From the NCBI GenBank assembly GCA_000165425.1, contig CT868529.1, positions 372,001 to 434,853 on the forward strand: DNA of 62,853 nt, in the 5' to 3' direction. Under the pieces are notes generated by a model. That model worked only from the letters and a program-made list of their open reading frames with translations. It was not told where the DNA came from and did no database searches. The translations under genes were made by a program, and so were the position numbers. Origin of the DNA: Paramecium tetraurelia (Eukaryota). Shown here piece by piece: positions 54,201 to 62,853 of the stretch. Numbering within the stretch: position 1 is the first letter of the stretch; each line of letters starts with the position of its first letter.

Positions 54201-56117
54201 CTGGAGAATCAATATCATAAAATATATTAGCAAACTGACCATTTAATCCATAATAATTCATATGTTTACCTCCAAATATTATTTTGATATACGCAGGAGG
54301 AATGTGAGTGGCATCAATCTCCACTCTGTAAATTCCGTTTCCTTCTCCATAACTAACAACATAACCTACAGCTTTTCTTAATGGACTGCTATACGAGAAC
54401 ATCACAAAATACCACATTCCATCCATATTCTCATTTAATACTACAGCCTTATCCTTAGTCTTAAGTTTATCACTTGTGTCATAAGTACTGAATACAAATG
54501 AATTATCGAATAGAAAAACAGCAAGAGCTCTGTCTCCATAAAATGAAAAATCTTCATATTCTTCATTGATCGTCATTCTAGAAAGGAAATAGTACTCTCC
54601 TTCTTCTCTAGCATGCTCTTTAGCACTATGTTCAGCATATCTCACCCAATAACCATAACCATATTCAGAGGAATCCTATAATAATGCTCTATCAGTAAAC
54701 TCTAACTACTCAGTTGTTTCTCCGTCAAATTCTGAATTTTAATATTTTGTATTAACTGCCACAATTTTTCTCTCTTAAACTCTTCCTATATTGGCTTTAT
54801 GTTTTGGTGGTTAAAATGATGTTGGCTCGTTTGTATCAAGATCTTCTCTTAAGGATTAAATTTTCAAAGACCTCTCTTCATCAATTTATTTCTATTGTAC
54901 TGTTTAAGAATTGTCTTATTCATTTTTTATTGGCAGATCTAATGGTTTGCTATCATTTTCAGCCTAAGTTTCAGTTTTCTAAACTTTTGTCGATTCTACC
55001 TAATGCACTTCTTCATTATTCTAGCTCTCCTCCTGCACAGAAATGCTTTCTTGTTATTCTGTCACACTTTATTCTTCCAAGTTATCATTTTAATTAGTAA
55101 CATCAGTTATGTGAGATTCTTCATTATTTAAATCCTCAATTTTGCTAACTTTCACAGCTTAAACAACATTTTCAACTTCTTAAGTTTCATCAATATTTTG
55201 ATTGTCTTCATCCGAATTCTTAATTTCTCCTTCGATTTCATGTCCCAAAGCAATATATCTTTAATTTCTCCTCATTTCCTAATTCTTATCATTCTTGATT
55301 AAGTGTTTATGTTAACCATCCTTCTACTTTGAATGAGGATAATGCTAAGGTTCATGATATACATCGTGCAAAGGTGTTTCTAGATCTTCTTCTTCAAAAT
55401 AATAATATATAGTATCTCCAGGGATTTCGTTATAATAAATATACTCGTCCTCTGAATCCCAATCGCTTTCATAAATGACTCTTGCCTTTCTAATGTCTTA
55501 TTCGCATTCCCTTTTTAATGTTCTAAGTTAGGCTACCTTTTATCTCAAATTTATTGTTTTCTTAGCATATTAACATTGATTCAAATATAGATATATTTCT
55601 TCTTAAGTCCTCCTCAAATGAGCAATAATTTAATTTGCCAACGCTATTTTCTCCTCATTTGCTACGATATATTTCAATAATACTTTATGTAGAATTTAAC
55701 TAGCCCACATATTCTAGGGCATCTTCCACTCTGTAGGCTGCCCACTTATTTTGAATAAAAATATTTTAAAGAGACTTTTCTATTTTTTATTATATTTCCA
55801 CCAACATAGTTGAATGAATTACATGTATTGTACCCTTTGCTTTCTCAACAATATTTATGATCTAATTGATTATTGCTAAGTCCTTTATCAATTATTCTCG
55901 ATTATCAATGATATCAATCCATCGCTCTAATTCACCAATTATGAATTCGAAATCATTATTACAATACAAGCGAGAAACATCTAGATTATACGCTTCAGTA
56001 TAACTCATTCCTACCAATTAGTACAAGATTACCTCGAGTTCGTAGCTCTGATGCCTCTAACTTCGATGAAATGGCTACAACCATCAGCAACATAAAAGTT
56101 ATGAAGGTTTTCTTCAT
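48272..56117 (-). CDS. Giant secreted protein (~2,600 aa): signal peptide, helical domain, acidic linker, 10 tandem ~213-aa beta-rich (ConA/LamG-like) repeats
   Basis: Starts MKKTFITFMLLMVVAISS. Recurring motifs EY.xG.W.R, GDR.LAVF, W.FVYFGY, F.G.I, and G.G.F about every 640 nt. One apparent frameshift near 55070. Confidence 0.85.
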
Positions 56118-56372
56118 TTTTTATAAAAATAAAAATATATATATATAAACCGTTTTTTATATCGGGTATTAATATTCATATCAAATCCTCAAATTCAGTT
56201 ATCTCCTATCATTTATATGACTATTTTCCCTTGTAAATTTAATTATAAATGGTAGACTTTCATACGAGTTCCTCTCAATCCCTCCTTCAAAATTAACTTA
56301 TTTTTTAGAATTATTTTGTTATTATAAATATCTGAAATAATAATATAGCATAATATATCACTTAAACTCAAT

Positions 56373-57193
56373 ATGAATTTTTAGAAATAAAATATTTAAC
56401 TAGTTTTATCATAGATAAGAAGTATATGTCTATAATTTAAGCTAATGCTCCGTTTTTGTCTAGATTTATATAACAGTTCTTTTTCATTTTTCATTAATTA
56501 ATAGGTTTTTAAATCCTAAATTAAGATGCGTGTTAAAATAGTTTAATAGTTGTTAAATCTATCAAATTTAACATCTGAAGAATCAAGAACTCTTTGAAAT
56601 ACAATCTTACCTGCTTTCACATATAAACGAAAATTAAAATATATTAACAAAAAAGTTTCTTGTAGAGAAGATAGAAGTGGTTAAAATGAAAATCATAATT
56701 TTCAGAGTTATTATAATCCTTTTTTTTGTATTAAGTTTATTTTTATAATTAATAAGCTTAGAAAATTAATTTAGCTAATTGCTAGTATATAGGAGAGAGA
56801 AATATGTCATGTTTATTTTATTTGTAGATTATCTATAAGGATTGAATATTTACATATTTCTTAGAATAAAATTATGTTTCGAATTAATATAAGATTTTTC
56901 TTTAAGAAACTTCAAATTTAGAATCATGCTTCGGATATATTTATTAAACATTAGTAACACTCATTATGTTTATTTCAGAAATGGGGAGAAAGGAAAACAA
57001 AAGTATAAAAAGGAATTGACAAAAAAAATAAATGTTAGAAAAAACATTTTATCAGACCCTCCTTCCCCTTAGAGATGTAAAAGTAGTTAGAAAAATACAT
57101 ATAGTTAGTGATAACAAAAAAGACCCTCAAAAATAAAAATTTGAAGTTTACTAAATAAAACAGATAAGTTAAGGAGGAGACTTTATAAATTGA
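56373..57193 (+). CDS. Possible hypothetical protein or pseudogene
   Basis: Coding-like patches (e.g. ...KHFIRPSFPLEM... region) but I could not resolve a continuous frame. Confidence 0.25.
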
Positions 57194-57398
57194 ACTAAAT
57201 ATAATTAGTCATAAAACTATCCGAATTACAATGCAGTTAAAGCCATAAAATGCTATTAAGTATTTATTATTTTGTAGTATAAAAAATAAATTATCACTCT
57301 CACAAACAATTCTAAGTAAATAGAATTGTTAGGAAATTCTTATATAAAATGTTCATATGATTGAATTAATAATATGAACTTAATTATTTATTAATATT

Positions 57399-58184
57399 AT
57401 GGAATCTATACTTTGTAAAAATTGTAATACAGAAATATTACAATCAAATATTACTATGCATGAGCTTTATTGTGCTTAAAATATCAAAAAATGCAGTATA
57501 TGCGAAATAAACTTCGATTCCAATGATCAAGAAGAGCATTTAAATTATCATTTAATAAATACATGTTAAAACTGCAATGTCTTTTAAAGTAAAATTGTCA
57601 TCTATTGTAACTCAATTAGAAGACCTTTTTAATCATAAATGTTAATAATGCCAATACTGTTCGCAATTTTATTCACCTTAAGAACTTGAAGATCATTTAG
57701 AATAATGTAAACTTATTATAACAAAATGTTTATTTTGCGGGGAAGCAATTTAAAATAAGCTTTTGGAATTGCATAGACCTTATTGTTAGCAGTAATACGA
57801 GAAAGGAAAATTCAAATGTGAATATTGTAAAGAATACTTTAATAGTAACATTTTGCTTATCATATAGGCTAGTAAAATTTGAAATATCATCAAAAAATGT
57901 GTGAAAAAGATCAATAGCTATGTCCATATTGTAATTTGGACTTGATGGCTGATTTTAAGGAGGAACATATCAAAATTTGTGAGAGTAGAACTGAACCCTG
58001 TTCATTTTGTGGCTAAAGGATTTTATTAAAGAATAAACCAAATCATGAGTTAAATTGCTTTTAATAATAATAAAATTATGTCTAAGATAAAATAGAAATT
58101 TATCAACCAACACAAATATAATATGAGTAAATTACAGATGAATACTTAGAAGAATACCTAAAATTAAATGATTCTGATTATTGA
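57399..58184 (+). CDS. TRAF-type zinc-finger protein (XAF1/TRAFD1-like)
   Basis: CKNCNTEILQSNITMHELYCAQNIKKCSIC...HIKICESRTEPCSFCGQRILLKNKPNHELNC, with repeated CxxC..H..C units. Confidence 0.85.
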
Positions 58185-58225
58185 AAAATAATTTAGGAAT
58201 TTATAATAAATTGTATTTTAATTGT

Positions 58226-61200
58226 TCATTTCTTTGATTTTTGAGAATAAGATCCCATTTTTTTAAATTATTATGAAATCTTTTCTTTTTGCTACAAAGC
58301 CACTGATTAAGGTTTAGGATTTTAAATTGATACTTATGAAGCATTTTAACTTTGATTTACCTAAATTATTATGAATAAATTTTACAGAAGATGCTTCTAA
58401 TTATCTATTACTCTTTTGAGTGCTATAGCTTGTATTTTAACCACTTTTTTTTTTATCGTCGCTTTATTAGGAAAATTTTTATTAAGCAGCGCTAAAAATT
58501 TATTTTAATTATTACTATTTGGTTTATTGTGGTTAAGGTTATGGGCTAGCAACGGTTTTAATGGTAGAGCTACGAGAATTTGAAGTCCTAGTTAATTATT
58601 AAGTTGGAGGAGGTGTAGATATAATAATTGAAGTCGATGGAGCCAATGCAGATCTAACAGGCTATCCAGATTTCAATTTATTTTATGATTGTTGTTATTA
58701 TTCTTTTTAGGGAGTAGTAGTGAATGAATTTCTAAAATTTAATTATTTTGGTAAAATCTATGATTGAGACTTCACTAATACTCTTGATCCTTTTTCATCC
58801 GGGCTTAATTCTATAGGTTCAGCTTATTAACCCTATTCTGGGATGTGCTCCATAGCTTAGATTTTATTTTCAGTAAGCATTTAATTGTATTTTATGATAT
58901 CATCTTCGTTGAATTCTATAATAGTTTTGAGCCTATGCTCGTTTAAAGAAGAGAATGCATATTTAGTTCCAAACTTTTTAATTAATAAAAATGCCTTTTA
59001 TATTCTTCTATATCTTTCACTAGAAAATATATATATATTTTACTTTATCAAATTTATTTCATCAAATCCAATCCTAATTTTTTGTTAAATCATTTTTTGT
59101 AAAAGTCTTTTTATTGTTTTGATACCAATTTAGAAGTTAGAACTCATATTATAGTCTTAGTCGGAAAATGGACTCGATGAACTTCTGTTATTCTTATCTG
59201 ATCCGATTCTATTTCTTAAGATATCTTATTAAGAATATTTTTTGCTATGATCTTTTCTCTCTAATTGTTTTAAAAACATTTTATCTGTTTCTGAGATGTC
59301 AGAAATATTTGTTCTATTAATTATAGCTTGATCATCCATAAATTGCTCATTCGTTTAACCTCTGTTAATTCCTTAGGTTTTATTTTAGGATTCATTAACA
59401 TTCATTAATGACTTAGATTTTGTTAACTAAGTTTATTCTATTGCTTAAATTAATGATAGTTATGAACAATTAGATTTACTTTTTTTAAGATTTGGTTCTT
59501 AATATTTAGGAATTTTTAATTAAATATTAGGGTTGTCATTACCTTACATTACTTTTACGTAAGATCCATCTCTATTTTTGATAAAATCGTTAGTTTTATA
59601 AAATGCTAAAGATCTATTTGAAACTTTAGTTCTTCTAACTAAAATTGAATCTTAACCCAGCTATTCTTTCAAATTTTCTCCAAAAACTAATTCTTCATCT
59701 TTATATTATTTTCTTGTAATAAGTATTTTTTATTTATTTCCTTTTCCTTCTTTGACCACTTCTTCAATCATTTAAAATGATTCATTTTTGCTCAAAATTC
59801 GTTACCAAATTTTATCATTTTATTCATACCATCCTTTTTTCATCAAATCTTATGGTGAAAGCGACTCTACTTGTTGCCTACTTAAAATTACAACATCTTC
59901 TTCCTATTCATATAAATCCTCTCCAATCTCTGGATCTTATTCTTCTTACATCTGTTTTCTTTGCAGACGACGCTCTATCTTTTTAGTTTAAGGGTTTTAA
60001 ATTAAAATTTCTTCTTCTAAAGTCTTCATTAATAATTGCCTTCTTTTATCGCTTGAATTTACAAGAAATTTATCAATTCTTGAGCCATCAAAATCAGATA
60101 CTCTAATTCCTTGACTATTTAATTCTTCATTGGATCGATATTATGAGTCTCTTTGTTCCTGGCTGTCTTCATCTATTTGATACATTGATCGTTTAATATT
60201 AATATTTGGATGCTATTTAAAATACTCTTTAGGAGCATCAGTAACCTTTTTCCAACTTTGCAAGCTATCTATCTAAAATTAATTTATAACTTTTCTTTAT
60301 CGAATTATAAACCCATTAGGTTGCTTTTCATTTAGATTTTTACTTATTGAAACTTCTGTAATATTGACTTATTTTTACATAGCAAACAATTCTGTTTATC
60401 CAGATTTTTGATTAGTAATTTCAACAATTTCTTCTACAAATTAATATGGGTTATAATCTATATCAAGATTTGTTACGATTCTTCTACTAATAATTTGGTT
60501 TCCATCAGAATCTTACTCTTTTAATCTCTTACCAATTTATTTACTAGAATTGTAAGGAAACTTTAATAAAATTATCTCCATTTCATTTGTTTTTGGATTT
60601 AATATTTAATGTTCTTCTTCAAAATATTATGAATCTTAATTAATTAGTTATTAAGATAATGTTGTGTTAGCTGTAGGCTGATCTACTATCTTTTTTAATA
60701 TTCCTTTATTATCTTTAACCCAGCCATCTTATTTCAGAGCAGTTAAAGTTTGATTATTTTAAACTACTTTTCTGGATAAAACAAAACCTCCATCCGTTCT
60801 TTCAACCTTACCTTCTCCATATATAAAAGGCCTCCTTTCAAGTAATATCTTTTATTGTCCATCTTTATCTGTTAGAAGTATTTCCTCTTCTATGTATTAT
60901 TCAGGTTCTTGTTCTGATAGCTACATTACTAAAGTTCCATTTTTTTATTTAACCCATCCTTTGCTAGAATTATTATCAACTATTTTTCTTGACAAAATGG
61001 TATTTCCTAAAGGATCTACCTCTTAAATAGAATCTCCCATAACAAGATTATCTTAGATTTGCCTTCTCATAAGTTTTCTTTCTAAAAGGCCTGTTTCCTA
61101 ATTAAAACTCAATATCTCCTCTTCAATATATTTTGAAGGCTCAGAGGATGCAATTACTTTTTCCATTTAACCTTACTTATTAGTTATCCAACCTTCCTTC

Positions 61201-62853
61201 TTTTTTGCTTCAGATGAAATATTATTTTGAACAAGCTTTCTTGAAATTACTTTACATCCTTACTATTATTCATTTATTTCATCTCCAAATATCATTTATT
61301 TATCTTAAATATAAGGCTTTCTGATTAATTTTCGCTCTTATTTTCCTGTATTTTCATTTATAATAAGAACTTCCTCCTCTATAAATTATTCTGGTTCAGA
61401 AAAACTCACCAATCTAGTTAATTTACCTTTCTCAACTTTCCACCCTTCCTTTTATTATGATTAAATTGGGGAGACATTATCTATTATTCTTCTTGATAAC
61501 ACTTACTTTCCCTCACTATCAATTTCCTATAAATTGTCACCGAACTTAAGATTTTTTTAATTTGGAGACAAGGGACGTCGTATTATTTTTCTTTCAAGTT
61601 ATTTGGTTTCCTTATTCATAACTAATATTTCTTCTTCTATGTATTTAGATGGCTCTGCATCAGAAATTACTTATTCTAATTGACCATCTTATTTTTACTA
61701 CCAACCTTATTAACTTAGGATATCTGAAGAAAACTAATTTTAAATAATTCTTCTGGCAATAATTTTGTTACCATCCTTTCCTAATTCGTTTAAGCATTCT
61801 CCATAATTTACTTCTTCATCAATTTGATAAACTGGTTTCCGAATTAATTTACGCTCTTGTTTGCCTGTTTTTGGGTTTTATTATTATTATTTCTTCTTCA
61901 ACATATTGCTCAGGCTCTTCTTATGAAATTATCTTTTCTAAAGTACCATTTTATCCTTTTTGCCAATCCTTTTAGACTTAATTAAATGATTAAGAATTAT
62001 CAACTATTTTTCTAGATAAAATTCTATTTCCATCCTTATCAACTTCATTTAAGTTATTACCCATTTATTAATTTTCTTTTGTCAAAGGTCTCCTAACTAA
62101 TTTTCTTTGTATTCCATTTTCTCCATAACAAAGAACTTCCTCCTCAACATATTTAGTAGGTTCATTCTAAGCTAATTAAATTTCCATCTGTCCTTATTTT
62201 GATTACCAATCTTTCATTTAATCCATAGATTATTCATTAGAAACTATCCTTCTAGCAACCACTTTTCTAGTGCCATCACCTTCTTGAAGATTTTCTCCAA
62301 TTTCACCTACTTCTGATTGAGTCAAAGGTCTTCTGATTAATTTCCTTTCTTGTTTCTAAGTTTTCGGATTTATTATGATAATTTCTTCTTCAATATATGC
62401 TTCAGGTTCTTCCTGTGAAACTATTTTCTCTAATTATCCATTATTCAATTAAACCCAGGTTGAATCAACTGGTTTATTATTTGATACAATCTTTCTTGAG
62501 ACTACTTTATTTCCATTTAAATCTTATTCTATCACAGCTCCTGTTTATAATTTATTATCTTAAGGTAAGAAAGGTCTTCTAATTAGTTTTCTTTAAACAA
62601 CTCCATCTTCACCTTAAACTAATATCTCTTCTTCAACATATTTAACAGGTTCTGGTTGAAATTTGATTTCCATATTTCCTTCATTATTTTTGATCCAACC
62701 TTGTTATTTCAAGGCTTAATTTGATTGATCATTTTAAACAATTTTCCTTGAAATTACTTATTTACCATTTCCTAAATCTTCTTCTAAGTTTTATCCCATC
62801 TATAAATTATCTATTTCTTCATTATTTAAGGTTTTCTTACAGAATTCAAATTT
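58226..62853 (-). CDS. Large hypothetical protein with tandem ~83-aa repeats; 5' end outside window
   Basis: Repeat unit GW.K...G..E.....EP..YIEEEILV....TGKQERKLIRKP......GD...E.D..GNKVISRRIV, followed by a Q/S/P-rich C-terminus ending ...SQKSKK-TGA. Confidence 0.85.

Noticed and set aside
60400..62853. CRISPR-like or satellite DNA array
   Set aside because: The periodicity is conserved at protein level with synonymous divergence. There are no identical DNA repeats with spacers, and the context is eukaryotic.

Overview
AT-rich, very gene-dense eukaryotic DNA from a ciliate macronuclear genome, most likely Paramecium. TAA/TAG read as Gln, TGA is the only stop, and genes carry ~20-30 nt GT..AG introns, so the supplied standard-code ORF track fragments real genes. 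I re-read the window by hand with code 6. It holds about 25 protein genes: a choline transporter-like protein, two copies of a divergent E2 enzyme, CEP95-like, SNU13, an LRR+ankyrin protein, TDP1, an SR splicing factor, an RRM protein, an AGC kinase, an ~12.4 kb DNAH6-like axonemal dynein heavy chain, Cdc20/Fzr, a probable pseudokinase, NF-YA, a RING/B-box protein, RPS16, CFAP53, HDDC2, MEA1-like, a NEK kinase, Sec24, a giant secreted 10-repeat protein, a TRAF-type Zn-finger protein and a partial ~83-aa repeat protein. There is also one intron-containing tRNA-Tyr. The most notable structures are a ~1.7 kb inverted segmental duplication (about 2872-4575 vs 10548-12391) enclosing a ~6 kb cassette, the 4+4+2 super-periodicity of the secreted repeat protein, and clustered +1 frameshifts in conserved genes, probably sequence errors. 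Boundaries are manual and family calls rest on remembered motifs, not database searches.
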